Shown piece by piece: positions 24,901 through 39,900 of a DNA stretch of 64,000 nt. How positions within the stretch are numbered: the stretch's first letter is position 1; every line of letters starts with the position of its first letter. Source of the DNA: Phoronis australis (lineage: Eukaryota; Animalia; Phoronida); assembly GCA_002633005.1 (NCBI GenBank), contig NMRA01000214.1:518414-582413 (forward strand). Direction: 5' to 3'. Made by a program: the position numbers and the translations under genes. The notes below the pieces were generated by a model, which worked only from the letters and a program-made list of their open reading frames with translations, was not told the DNA's origin and made no database searches.

Positions 24901-27900
24901 ACACGTCTTGACAAGCCAACTTGTAGAGCAAGGCACTGTCAGTTGGGTGTCTTCTGAAGCCATGAAATCACCTCAAATTTGATTAAGGAATAACTTGAGA
25001 TCAATGTTGTAACAATTAGTTGCCTACTAGATCAAATTTTGTTCTTTTGTGATAGAAGGCGAATTTACTATAACCCCTTTAACAACTGAATGGATGCCTG
25101 CTAGTTGTTGGAATATACAGATATTCAGAATTCCATGCGCATCATCACACAAAATCTATCCACATATACAACACACACAACGAAACATATACGGACACAT
25201 GCAGGAGCCACAATTCAGTGAAATTTTCAGTGGTCATTTTGAAAACTAATGATCAACAGCACTACGGTGTGCAGTACAAAACTAAGAGTGTAACAATTAC
25301 AAATGAATTTAAAATTCTGTGTCATCCAGCTTAAACAAAAGAGAACAAAAAGAGACAACCAAAGAAAGTCACCATGCTGAATGCATCGGCAGGGTTCACA
25401 ACATCAGTCAGTTACTCACCAAGTGCTCTATATCCTGGACAGGAAGGAAAATATTGGAATCAGCATTACAGTAATTATACATAATAGCAGATGAGAAGAA
25501 ATCAACACTAGGATCCATTATGCATAATGCATAAAACTTTTGATTCTTGTTTTCAAGGTATCAAACGACAGGACCCTCCCTCACCTACGGGAAAAGTACC
25601 ATTGCCTTCTGCAAGAGGAATTTCTTTAGATTAGAGGAAAATCAGCGTTCCCAAATTCGAGGGAGTGTGCGAGTTAAAAGTGATTTTAAACCTCGGGATT
25701 TTTTATCATAGGACAGCAATTTTTGTGGCTGAAGAAGGAAATTTCATGAGATTTACAAGGGAAATGAAGCTAATGTTCAGCTCCAGAATTGAGAAATCGA
25801 GGACCTCGTATGTCACAGAGTATATAAATGATGACAAATAGTTGTCAAGTCTCTAAATAAAGAACAACCATTTGTTATAATGCATACTCGCATGGAATTC
25901 CAACAGAATTTTCACTTCACTATTTGCCAAAGAAAGTTACAACAATACTTGCAAAAAGGACAAATTCGTAATTAAAGTCACAGAATACTTTTACTTACAT
26001 GTATTGTCATAGGAAATATCTTAACGTGACAATACAATCGAGATCAGCCTCAATATGGAATCAAACCTCCATCTCTTGCATCGCTGCCAAACACTCAGCT
26101 ACGTTGCAGTGTTTTTTATAAGCCTATTTAAATATCTTGTCGTTAGTAAGTGTCTAGCAGACAACAGGGAGAATTGGTAACTCGTAATAAAAATCACAAA
26201 AACATAACATAGTTTATTGTTTTATAGCTCTGGTCAAAGCCAGTAACTTCACATAGTAATACCGTATTCAACAATAATGCCAAAATTACATGTCCAGCTG
26301 TAAAAATGATCCCTTTAACAATCATTCACACAGCATGTACCAAAAAGTAAGCACTGTGATAGCTGATGGCTCAGATGAAAATAGGATTGAGTTTAACTTC
26401 AAACTATTGAAAAGTACACCCATCCTTTTCGTAGGTTGCTGCATAAAATTTTGAGAGCATCACGGACAACAAACAGCACTCGAGACAAAACATTATGACA
26501 GTCATTATTCATTTAAACGTGAGTTTTTCCTCACCAAAATGATTTATAGCAGCACTCTGAAGTATTAGTCACATGATAAAAACCTATAATAACGATGGTG
26601 CAGATCTCCCAGAACACTTAGGAGGTAAGTTGTGCTAAAAAAATCTCTAAAAGGTCAATTAGTCACGTTACGTACAAGTTCATAATTCATTTCCGTTCAC
26701 ATACCACAAATCATACTTATGGACGTGTCTGGCTATTGATTTTTGCAGTTTCTCATCAACTTTGGATTGTAAGTCAAACATGCAGGAGAAAGCCTCGTTA
26801 ATTAAGACAGAAAAAACTACCGCGATTACGAAAGGGTCTGGATAGAGATAATGCATGTTGGTGATCGCAACATGTCATGAGATACGTTGTTTAGTTTATG
26901 ACTAATTGTTGACTTTTGATTAGGTAGTGTTAGAAAGTGATGACTTCTATAGTGTAGGGGTTGGGCTGGCTACCCATTGATGTGTTAACAGTTTGCCCAA
27001 GTTCCTCAGGGTTTTTACCAATTGCTCTTCAATTTAGTAGTGCTACAAAATGAAATGACATATCCCATTTAAATGGTATCTATATTCAGTTCTATATGGG
27101 ATTGGGATAAATCTTTACAGAAAATGACTTACGACTTCTGTGTGCTTATCATGGAGTTGTTTTATTAAGTTCATACACCTCAATTGGTAATCTCATCATA
27201 ATTCACATTTTAAAATCTTAATACTTAATTTGTGAAGGGAAACACTAATTATAACAATTTTCTATGAACTGCTACCACGCTGATTTAGAAAGCACTAAAT
27301 ACAATTATTAGATCTAATGGAGGGTACCTTCTTTCTTGAATTTGGAAAGTGTTTGTGTGAAATGAAAATTTAATTATCAGAAAATAAAAAGATGAAATAT
27401 GTTAAAACACACTTTTGAAATGTCAATGTTACAGAATGTCATGAGACTCCCTTGGTAAAATATTTTCCACTGCACCTTGTGTTAAATGTTGCAGCAACTG
27501 TTCCATTACTAGCCACCATAGCTTTGTTTCCTACGGCAAGTTTCTTGCAAGAAAAGCGAGACTTCACACGACATCGTCATTTCTTAATTGCAGCCGGTTT
27601 GGTACACATTGTATCAGATGCGCGCAGGCCATTTAGGTGGGCCAGTGATGCTATATTAATGTATAGCTAAAACCGAACTGAGGATATAAAGACCTGGCTG
27701 TCTCCTCAAGAGAGACTTTGTCATGCACCACAACCAAAGCACTTGATCACTCTAGCATTACTCTCAGTGTCTTGCATCTACAGAACGTAATGCTAGATAA
27801 AATAAAATTAACCATTGTCTACAGATTACATCAAAAACAGACACGAGGTTTGAGCTCCCATAAAGATGTTGTTCTAAAATAGATTTTTGATAACTTACAT

Positions 27901-30900
27901 GTTTATATAGATATGTCAATCTCAATATGGCGTGGAATTAAAATGTCGCAAACACTATAAGTCTTGTCAGCACGCCATCTGTTGGCGGCACAACGCGTGA
28001 CTCACTAGTTCTGGAGACAACAAATATGTATTATTTAGCACATTATTGTTAGTAGGTACTAACCCCATTTTTCAAACGCTCGCTTGTGGGCAGAAGTGCA
28101 ATGGGTGCAAAAGACACATTTATCATCAACGCTGACTTCAACTTCCTTTGGACAATTCATACACAAGGTAAACAGAACGTATGCTTTGAATTCAGTGATC
28201 TAAGAATCAATGCATGAGTGTGTGTGTCCGTGTATAAAGTGTGCCTATTATTGCCCCAAGTCATGGTTACCCAACATTTTCCAGAGTAATTTTCTGCGAC
28301 AAGTGGTTGGGTTAGAGGGTACACGTGACCATTTTTATTACTCCAACATGAACTATGAAGTGCAAATATACCAGGGCAGCATTTTTTAGACCTAAGAACC
28401 TGGCGAAAATGCACAATTACACAAAATAACGTGAGATATCATCATATATTGCAAGCAAAGCACGTGACCACGGTAGCTTTTTTCGCGAGATTCCTACATG
28501 AACGTGATGCAGCTACAGTTATACAACTGAACAAAAATAAAATATTTGCATACTATGATAGACACTGTTCAGGGAGAGGATGCTTTCAAAGATGGATTAA
28601 ACTAAAGGTGCCGCCCTGATATTGGAAGCAGATTATGAGACTTGCCATTCAAAAGGGTGTTTTTTTCATAATCTGTTTTCGTATGAAAGGGATCTTTTCT
28701 TACACAATTCCCAACGAAAAGGTGCCTTGTATGAATAAAAAGCTCACTTTTATGAGGGTTCCAAATTCATCTCCAACTACAAAAATCTACAGATGAGTTT
28801 ATGTTTTTATACAGTTTCAAAATTTCCACAAGATGAAATCATTTTCGACAAGTGGACTGCTTTGGGCTTACTGGCTGAAAAAAAACATCCAAGAGTCCCT
28901 ACAAAAACGTCAAGTTTGAGGAAATAACCACTACATGAAGGTGGTGTTACTCAAACAAGATTTAAATAAAGGATGCCATTTCATGTACGCTCCCTACACA
29001 TGGGTCCATTTTGAGTCCACTCCGTAGTTTTCTATTTACATTCCTGTCAGAACAGATGGGTAAGTTTTTTAAAGTATCATTTTTGATTTTATTCTTAACT
29101 GTTGGGTGGGAACTCTAGATGAATGTCCGTCTTAGTTAATAACAGCATAAAACTCTTCTGGAGTTTCCTTTTCTGTTGACTCTATAGCCATGAGTAGGTA
29201 CAAGCCCTTACCCAAAATAATGTGTTTCTTTAAAAAATGTGTTTCATACACAGGCGCAGAGCAAGATGAAGGCTGACATTACCGTCGCCTTTTATGCAAC
29301 AGTGTTGTGACTTCTTCCAGCAGACCTATTGCAATGTATTTACATAGCCACACAGAGGTAGTGCAATATCTATCACTTTAGCCTGTATTGAAGGTTTTTC
29401 ACTTCACTGAGTCAGGCACAAGACCTACACTCTACAAGTGTGTCTTTGGGGACAGGTGTTGTAATGACCTGAGGAGATGTCAATAGACGCCTAAACATGG
29501 CTATTATTGAAGATGAGCCATGTGCACTGACCTGTTTAAATAGACCAATATATACATAGATGGACCTCCACTAATCCGATTTGGGCAAAAAATCTTATCT
29601 GTGTGGTCCAGTAACCTGTTTCATCATTTGCATTTTATACACCAGGTAACAAACATTATAAAAATCTTTAAAAACTGCGTCATTAAGCCAAGTATTTTTG
29701 AGCCCACAGGCATTGGAGGCAGATGGTTTGAACACATCAGTCGGTTGCACAGAATGACACTGTAAGAAGAATACCCCGTCTCTTTTTACAGAAAATCTCA
29801 AAATAATACCATGCAAGATTGTAGAGAATGGTTCCTAATCCCGAAATAAATAGACAAATAATTTGCATTCTTTCTAGAGAATGAAACCTATTTTGCAAAT
29901 TTCTGAGAGTGCGATGCGCACTAATTAACCAATTACAACGAACCAGTGTTTACTTAATCTTTAAAGCCCCTTTGGATACCTATTCAATAAAAAATTAATT
30001 TGCATAATATTATTCTGAGTCTGCAATGATGACCCTGTAGTCTGTTTTATGAAGCAACTTTATGAGTCATTGACAAGAGCTTATCCTGCTTTGTTGATTC
30101 ATGGCATCAGTGTTTATACTACAGATAGGATAAAAAGATGAATGAAATTATTTTCATCGATTTCTTCTAGTGTCTGCCATTCCAAGTTGAGCATATGCTG
30201 CAATGGCTATTATGTCTGATTCTGATCCAGGTTCACTGTTTAGTGCATGTGTGAAAAACAGTTAAATAATGTTAAGTAGTTTACCACCTGGTCGTGCCTT
30301 GTTCACCCTCTGATGGCAGTCATCAGTATTACAGCCAAGAGAATAGTTAAAAGTGTTTTTGGCATATTAACATATACTAAAAACAACTTTGCCATCCAGT
30401 TCTCTGAAACAAAATACTGTTCTGTAACCCTCGACAACCCTCAAAAGTTTAGAAGAATATTTGAAAACTCTTCAAAGTCTGCTAAACAGTCAAGCTACAC
30501 GTTTAGCAAATTACACAACTTTGGGCAAAGACCACCAGTGCTGTAATGGTAAAATTAGAGGTAAGTACACACCCAAAGCCCACTGTATCACATTGAGCAC
30601 TGAACGTAGCTTACAGTGTGTAGGCGCAACGTTCAAATGCCAAAAGGTGGTTGGCTGCGCCTACGTGCACCTACGCCCCACTACAGCACTGAAGACCACA
30701 GGATGAGTTATTTTTCAGCAAATCTCAAATGAAACTATATATTCCTACCAGAGGCGTGGCATGACATGGGGAACAAAATTGTGAATTCAGGGCTATCTAA
30801 TGATTTCCTGTTTTGAGATTTTTAAGGAGTAATGAATGACTTGATATTTCCACTAGGTGGTCCTAACAAAATTCCCTTTTAACATCGGAATAGACGGAGA

Positions 30901-33900
30901 GCAGGAAGTTCATGATCATGTGGGTGCCTGTGAGCTAACTGTCTTGCGTGACTAATATTTTAAGGGCAGGACCATTCTCTGACTAGTGCCACCTAGTGAA
31001 TTTTGAGCAAACCATTATACCGGGTTTCAGTCACAGAAGTTTTGTAGCATAGTGCCAGACAAAAAATTGTTTTTGAAATTTAAAGCGTTGGGTGATCGTA
31101 AACAGAATGACTTTTGCAAACGGGTAGACTTTGAAAACCTAGGAACTTGAACTTACATCCGGTTTTGTAATGTGCGAACTTAGAGTTTAAGAAAGGTAAA
31201 ATGTCTATTAGAAAAATGTTGAATTGTATCTTGGTACTCCTACAGAAGCTCCCCAGAAGCTCATGTGCAGGTCAACACCACAGCCAATCCCATCATGGGT
31301 AATTAATTCTCTACATGGTGGAGTGATGTTCCTGAGCTCAAGTGCACACAGTGTCTGTATTTGTTTAAGTAACTCTAGCAGGAACAAAAAACTAATTAGA
31401 TTAATATCTGTATCTGGTGAACCCAACCAAGGAATTAGTGGGTTACTTATCTGCCATAGACATCCATGTTGTCTATGGGTGGGATGCTCACAATTCTTTT
31501 TAGAAGGATTTCCGTTTATTTTCAGTTTGATTCCTGTCTGTCAAATTAATTTTTTCTCATAACACTAAGTAGTACACATGCCACTGGTACCAATTTTAAC
31601 AATTTTAGCACGAAAAAAAAAATTTTCAACAGTGCCATGAAAATGAGAGTGCCAACATTTTCCGGTGACAGTTACTGTACTCGTTGGCTGCAATGTTCCC
31701 TGCAGTAGAAAATTATTAAATATAATAAGATTCCAACTTAAGTTGATGAACGATCCTGAGTTGTTTATTTGTTCAGCAACTCTCCCAAATATACAAATAA
31801 GTCCGAAACTTTGCAAGACACCTAACAGTGAAAATTAGAAATAAGAATCGAAAAAGTCCTTGGTGATATTGGAATCAGTTGTCCCTGCATAGTGACTTGA
31901 ATGCAATTTAGTATTTTCCTCAAGAAGTTCCAGTGAGGCAATTGTGTCAGCTGATTTCAATACAGACATGTCAAAATACACAGGTTTGTCAGACCAACCT
32001 AGGGCATGTTGCTTGAAAAGTGACTCAAGACGAAAAAGTTTTCCCAAGTTATTCTGAGCGCTTGACAATCTAGAAAAAATTCATAGAAATTTGTCTCATT
32101 ACTAGAAGTAATGAGATTTAATTATTTTTCGGAAATAGTTGTGTCTTAAAGTGGAACTTACAGGCTAATTCCTTATCTCTGTGATTACTTGGCCAAATTA
32201 GTTAGAAAAACAACATGTAGCAACCACGTGAATATGAAGTAGGTTAAAAATTGCCAAATGTTTTTAAGAACGAGTTTTATTGCAAAGGTCACCCTACCGT
32301 ATTTGCAGAATTTTTTGCTTTCACATTTGTCAGTGAATGCAATGCCACATTGTTTAGCATAAATTATGTTAAAATAGCGTTGTGGGTTAGTTCCTGCTAT
32401 ACATTACCATAAGTTAGGAGCACGTTTCATGAAGCACACCCTGAATGTGAGGGACATCACAAAATGTCAACACAGTTCATAAATACATGATAAACTACAC
32501 GTGCTCTTATATGGGCGAATGTTAGGAACCGAGGTTATTGTGCCAATTTAAAATATTTTTGAGGTCCTATAGAGGTCGCTGAAGTCATTTCTTCAAACTA
32601 TTAATTTTGCGTACTTCTTAACAAGCGTTAGTCCCTAGCCAGGTTGGTTAATAGTACAGTATTATTATCAGAAGTTCTCATGCCACGTTTCAGCCAATCA
32701 GAAGATAGAACTATCTGTTGATATGTAATTATAAGCCTTATAATCAAACGACCACTAATACTTATTTTCTCTGATTTCTTGGTCTCACGCAGCACTAGAA
32801 TGTTTTTTACTTGCTCTGATAGGTTGCCATCATCTGCTTACTTTGTTTACATGATCAGGAGTTTATGGTTTCTGCAGAGTTTGATTGGTCAATTCAAGAA
32901 TCTATGGACCTGCCACACTTGTACACCTTGAATGACAAGTGGTATTACATGGTTAGTCAGTCATGAACACCTCATGACAAAGTCACTGCACTGAGTTTTA
33001 TCCAGAGAACAGAATTGTCAGTGATTGTGTAACAGTACTCAACTTTACAATAATCCAGGAAACAGCAATGTAAGTGTCATATTAAATATGAAAGAATAAG
33101 GTGATTGCTACTATTTCAACCTGAGTGAACCACTGCACTAAATGGAGAAATACCAGTTACAACAAAAATCATTGTAAATTCATGTTATCTAAATATTTAT
33201 TTTTAACAGAGAACTGAAGAATAGCTCTGTAAGCAATAAATATGTTCGAAATGCACTGAAAACACTTAGAGCCAATTGACATTTTATATAACCTAATGTA
33301 ACACCTTGTGTGTTTCACTGTCAAGTGACCTTGGTTTTCTCTTTCACTAAAGATAATGTTTTCCAGTGCAAATATTCAAGAGCCTCTTGAAATTGCAACG
33401 ATTTCCTCCAGTTCAAAAAACAACATTTTGGGAAAACACAAAACAGTATGTCAATTTCATTAATCAGTTTTGTTTGTGCATGTATTGTGCATGTTTTCAA
33501 TCTCCTCTGCCACGATGATTATTTTCGTGTAAACAAAGCTAATGATACAGTGCAAGCCAAAAGTATTCAGACAAAATGACCCAGTGTGATAATGACTGGA
33601 CAGAGCCCAGATTCATCATCACAGTAGTCTCCCTTGTGACTGACAACAAAGAGGCCAGTAACAGAAAAGTTGGTAGTGTAATTAGAATTTTGCTACCATG
33701 GTAATGTTTACTGTTAACAAATTCAAGTGTCATGACAAGCAAACAGTATAGGAGCAGTACTTTGTCTTGTGCTGTAGAAATTTTGTCGAATGATTTGGCC
33801 TAAGTTAAACAAAAATCAAAACGTTACCTTTGGTTGCAACAATGGCCGATGAAGCAAAAGATTGTAGCATGAATCGAGTTGACTCCTGTAATCTATTCAC

Positions 33901-36900
33901 AATATGTGCACAATCCATTCTGACTAGGTGGCCTCGTTTTTAATTCTAAGGCCATTGCACAGACTCTGGTTGCAGGAACTCGGTGAATGTCTCATTGACT
34001 GAGACTGTACATGAGGTGAAAGGAACTAATTTACATATGACGCCACACTTAGACACCTAAAAAGGAGAATCCATTGTGGATATTTAATTGGCGGTAGTAA
34101 ACAGCAGATATCTGTAAATTGGAAGCATGGAAGTTCACATGAAGGATCAGGGGATGATGGTTATATAATTTAGTTATGTTTTATAATAACAGTGAAGGTA
34201 GAAGGGCTTGAGATGGATATTACATGCCCACATTTTGAGAACCAGTTTGATACCCGTTATTCAGTGGAGAAAACTGGTTCTCAAAAAGTGGCGCGTAATA
34301 TCCGACTAATACCGGTAGATCTTACAGACTTCTTCAAAATTTTTTGAATACCGGATCCGGTCAAGCAAAACCAGGTGAGACAACATACTGGTTAATTCCA
34401 ACCCAAAATGCTCAATCTGTTAACTCAACATGTCCAAAATTCAAGAAAGTTAGCCACTGGTGTAGGCATGCCAAAACAATAACACCCAGCAGGCAATGTT
34501 GTTTTAACCAAGTCAGTTCACTTTGTAGGTGGATTATGTAACACCAATTGTGCAATGCCTAGACTCATCTCAGTCTTCTGTCTATAGCCATACAATACAA
34601 CCATTGTATTATTTTGCCCTGAATGACTCCTGTGCAATACCTCTTATGTATACATTAGCCCTAGGTGATCTGTGGCATACAACAGCAAGTGGTAGTTCAA
34701 GATTTGTCTCACCAGTAAATCACAACAACTACAAAAAGTGTTGGAGTTATTTTGGGCACCATTCATAACTCCTCTATTACCTGTGCTGAAATTTGTCACT
34801 GTTAAAAACAACTGACAAACAATCACATATTTTTCGAGCCTTTTCTACGCTCTCCTAAAAATACACTAAGTTAAACAAACACTGAGAAACACTACAGAAT
34901 AGGACCCCTTTAAAAGTGGCAAAAAACCCACCTTCCATCCAAGATGCGAACTTTTGACTTAGACAACTTACCTCTGTAAAATCGGTCTCAACTTGTTTCT
35001 CACTTGGATGAGAAGTGATTTCTTAATGGTATTGCGAAGAGCTGCCAGTTATGAGTTAGTTAGTAGAAAAGGCTCTTCACAAAAAAGTAGTAAAACATTT
35101 AGAAAAAGTTGGAAAAATAGGACAATTAAAGTGACCATTGCATATTTGTAAGTTGAATTTGTGAAACCGTAACGTGCACAAATTTCTACTGGATTACGCT
35201 CGCCCCCAACATTATAATCTGGAGAAATTACGATGCATAAAAAGAACTCACTGAATAGAAATTTGATTGCAGTATTCATAGAATAGAGAATACCTTTTAT
35301 ATACCAAAGTTTAGCCAAATGATTCTGTCAATCTCCATCTTCTACACTTCTTTTAGTGACTAAAGGATAAACATATGACCAGCTTGACACTCTTATGCCA
35401 TAGTACTTGTTTAACCTTTGTACCCGATACTCATGGCCACATGGTACCAGGCAGGTCAGGATAGCATCAAAATTATGTGTACAGCAGAAGAGGTATATCA
35501 TAACAATTGGCAGTCGGCCATAACATAATATCTTTTCTGGCACACATTTTGTGATATATGGATAGCCATCTGTACACACAGTCATATCTGTTCTCCATTT
35601 GACAGAACACTATGAAAACAATTTGTGAAAGCATCCTTGGTTGTCAGGCAGATGTGATTTGTTGCTTCTGCAAAATGCTGGAGGATGGTTAGACATTAAC
35701 AATCACTGGGGTGTTTGTGAACTCATATTACCCACCCAACCTTTTTCCCAACATTTTTCGAGATGGCCTGCTCAATATTTCCCAGTCCGAACAGGCCTAA
35801 AACTAGTTACTGTAGTAAGTTAAACTGACAAACACATGGGTCATATAGGCTAATTAACTAAAAATCAAAGGATACCATGAGGGTGCCCTGCCAAGTGCCG
35901 GAACTTTCTCTGCTTGAGGTCTTTTGGTTGTCCTTTATGTGTCCATACTCACTTTGGCAATAACTCAGTGTATCTTTTTGTGCAACTAGTGCCTCATCAA
36001 CTGACTGACTGGTACTTAAGTTGAATATAATGCGCCCGCATTTTGATAACCAGTTTCCTCCACTGAATAACAGGCATCAAACTGGTTCTCCAAATGTGGG
36101 CTTGTTTAATCCGACTATTGCCGAGTAAGCAACTGACAATCCTGCAATTGGTGACAATATTCAACATAATCCCACTTATTAACAGAAGTAAAAAAGGAGG
36201 ATGACTTTTCCATGACTTAGTTTCCTTACAGGAGGTTGATTTGCCTTTTCTGACAAAATACCCAATGGAGTGTCAAAATTTCCTACAAAAGAACACTACA
36301 AGTAATCAGTATTTCAATTACACAAATCTACATAAAGTTTTTTATATTTATATGATTTATTTCAAAATTTTTGTCACAACAGATGTACTCATTTTTGACA
36401 TGGATTTTCTACTAGTCCTGTCTGAAATTTAATGGGTTAAAAATTGAAAAGTCTAAGAATCCATAAAAAGGGCTAGGGTTTATGGGATTAACCCAACAAA
36501 AGGGTTGTGTTTCTGGAACAGAGCCCTAAGCAAGGGTGACGACTACTTTAGAATCTCTCTACAATAGGATTCCTATTTTCGAGTCCATTCCCGACACGGG
36601 CAGGTTCCTAATTTCCAGCTCCAACCTCTTGTCAAAATTATAGCTGAGTGAAGAGCCTGGGGAAAAATCCCTATATTGCACAGGTTTTTATAAATGCCAA
36701 GAAAAAAAATACTGCTTGTATTTAACTCAACAATGTAAGTGCTTCATGTACATATTTAAAAGTCTTGCCCTTCTTCTGTTCGCGTGCGCTAGTGTACATT
36801 GCTAGGATGAGAGTTGCACTACCACTAAGAGGTGAGGTAAATAACTGACACACCTGTGTTACCTTGCATAATCACAAAGAGGTGAGGTAAATAATTGACA

Positions 36901-39900
36901 AGCCTGTGTTATGTTGCACCATTTAAAGTTTTCTCCACATAGTAGCTAATTGTCACCACATCACCCCGTTCTACGGTGCAACTTGCGCTACGAAAACTGC
37001 CAATCAGGACACAAAGGTAAGGTACAACCGCGCTAAATTTTACCGTACACACCCCAGACAATTAAATCAGGGAAGTCAAATATCAGGGGATGGGCATTGA
37101 ACCAATCATGGGCGCTTAGACACGAGCTTTTCCCTAAATGTTCAAGTTACGTAAATGTATCAAACTTGCACACGAGAGTCAAACAAAACACCGCAAAAGA
37201 ACCATGGGTTTTTTCAAGGTCAGCCGACTCCGTTCATCACTCAAAGGTAAACGAGTTTCCAACGTTGCTGGAGATAGCATTCACAAAAGATGGTAGATAA
37301 CTACCAAAGATACTGATTCCTTCAAGGGAGTCTCCATCATATACTTTTGGGGATTGGCGTAAAGCCGAGCGGCATAGACGATTAAACACGAAAATTTGCA
37401 AATTGTGCACCCAGATAATAAGGTGAACATGGTTGGCTGAATGAGGTACATAGACACTAATGAATGCTTGTAAACACCAATACAAAGTCTAATTACTCTG
37501 GTATTTATTACCATTTCCTTTTTAGACAGCTGGTTGCTATGGAACCAAAGACTTAAGGCCACTACTAACATTATTGCTTATAAGTAACAGTTTCATAGTT
37601 CAACAGTTTTCTACAGATTAGCTTGTCTGAACTCCAGTTGTCTAAACCCAGCATTAAAATACATGCCAATTATATTGAGCCTGAAGATGCCTTCAGCTCC
37701 CCCACAGAGGGCAAGCCTAACATGATTATACAACAGATAAATATACCATCAGACAGTCTGATTAATGTGTACTACACCAAGGTATACCCAACTTCCTGCC
37801 AGACACAAAATCTGTTGCAATAATCACATACAGGCCAACTGCTTACAGCCTTTTCACACATACTCAATTTTGTTGATTGGAGAGAGCCCACAAACCCAAA
37901 CTCATGTCATTATCTCCAGATCACTAAAAGTGTTTAGTGGTGCAATAAAACTTCCCAGCATACTTATAGTGGATAGCAGCCTGTAAGAACAATCACCAGT
38001 TGCCAAATCCAGACCAGTAAATGTGTTGAACAACATATAAGAAACTTTTCAGGCATATTTTGTGGACAGGGCAACAGCTGAACCTGACAACTGTAAAACT
38101 GATATCAACATGTTCCTAATTGAATTCCAAACTGCTACAAAGAGACGGCAACAGGAACCATGTATTTGTTTGGAGTTATTACCTGGATCATTTATTTACC
38201 ATAGAGAAACTACCATTGTGGCTACATCAAATTTTGCCTTTGGTATTACCTACCAACAGTGATCTCAAAACTGTTCTTAGTCAAATTGGGGGAGATTTGT
38301 TGTTTGTGAAGGAACCACCAACTCCGCTCCATTATTGTTTGATATCAGCAGAACCCACTTCTCAAGTTACATATTAATTTCAAGAATACGACTACGCGAT
38401 TTAATAGAAAATTACCTTTATTATAAGCACAATATAAATAGGTAAATAAAACAACAAGAATGGATCAACTGAAATTTTCAGATGTAATAACGTCCTTTGT
38501 CAACAGAAACAGAAATAAAGTGTTCTGTCAATTGTCATGTAGTGTTTGATTTTACTTTATTTTCGTTTCTGTTGACAAAGGACGTAATTACATCCAAAAA
38601 TTTCAGTTGATCCATTCTTGTTGTTTTATTTACCTATTTATATTCTACATTTCGTGAAACAATAGTATCCTTGGGAGGATCTGGATCACCTTATTTAGTT
38701 TCAGATTTATTTTCTACGTTACAAGCACAAAAAATGGAAACATATGCATATTTTAACACAAAAAGTACACATGTATCTTTTCTATTCCTTTTATCTAATC
38801 AGTACTCTAGATTCTCTGGAGGGAGAAGAATCACAACGCAGGATGCCTCAGCAGCTGCGTAGGATGTATCTATTTTCTATAGGATGTTTCAAGGGTGAAG
38901 TTAACATTTCAAAAGTTGCCACGGAAACAGCACCATGATAATGTTATCAGGACCCAAAAAACAATATCTGATGCTGGGTCTCAGATAAGATGTCTAGACT
39001 TGAATTGTTCTTCAGCTTTGATTCCCGCTGTGTAGGAAGGCTGGTATCACTAGCAAACTTGACAAACTGGCTGAGATCTACAGCATTCAGGGTGGCTCAC
39101 CCAGAAGGGCTTTGCAGCCTAGTGCCACCAACTAGCTGGTCTCGGTCGGTCTCGAGTGGATAATTTGGGTTTGAGACAACTGAGCGAAGTGGGAAAAGTA
39201 ATGTTGATACTGAGTAAGAATGGTATGTGATTTTTAAAACAAATGGTAGTGTTTTTGGCAGCTGTGCCCGACCCCCATATATTCTGTAGGAGGGATTTTG
39301 AATGTAGTTCAACACCACCTACCATCCTCATTATTATGGAAGAGAACCCCACAAGTCCACTCAGAGATAAAAAACAATCCCCATGCAAGCATCTTGTAGT
39401 GATATGATGCTAGGAACCAGAACTGTCGAAGGATGACTTATGACAAAATTTTACACTTCTTTGCCAAATGTGCCCATATATACTAACAGACTCATCTCAA
39501 GAATGCTTCATTTACAAATGTAGTTTACTTTTGACTGGTTTAGAAACAAACACGGCCGTCAGCTAATCCTCTAAATCAGTTTTTGATGTATACGTGCAGT
39601 GCACTACATTCAATTCTCTATTAGGAATTGTACTTTATCTAACAGCAAATCTTGAAACGCATGTCATCAATAGCAAGAACATAGCCAATGTGAGATAAAA
39701 CCCGTATGCCTTCAAAGAATCTATAAATTACTCCTTATATCCGATTTCTTCACCAGGATTATTCACAAAAAATCCCAATAAGCTCTAGCGACGTCAAGAC
39801 TTCTTCCACGCCTTTTCCCCGCTGTCCACGCCAACCTGACATGTTTCTCACATTGTGTGTAGACTTCGGTGGCACTGATTACCCCAGATTTCTCACACAC

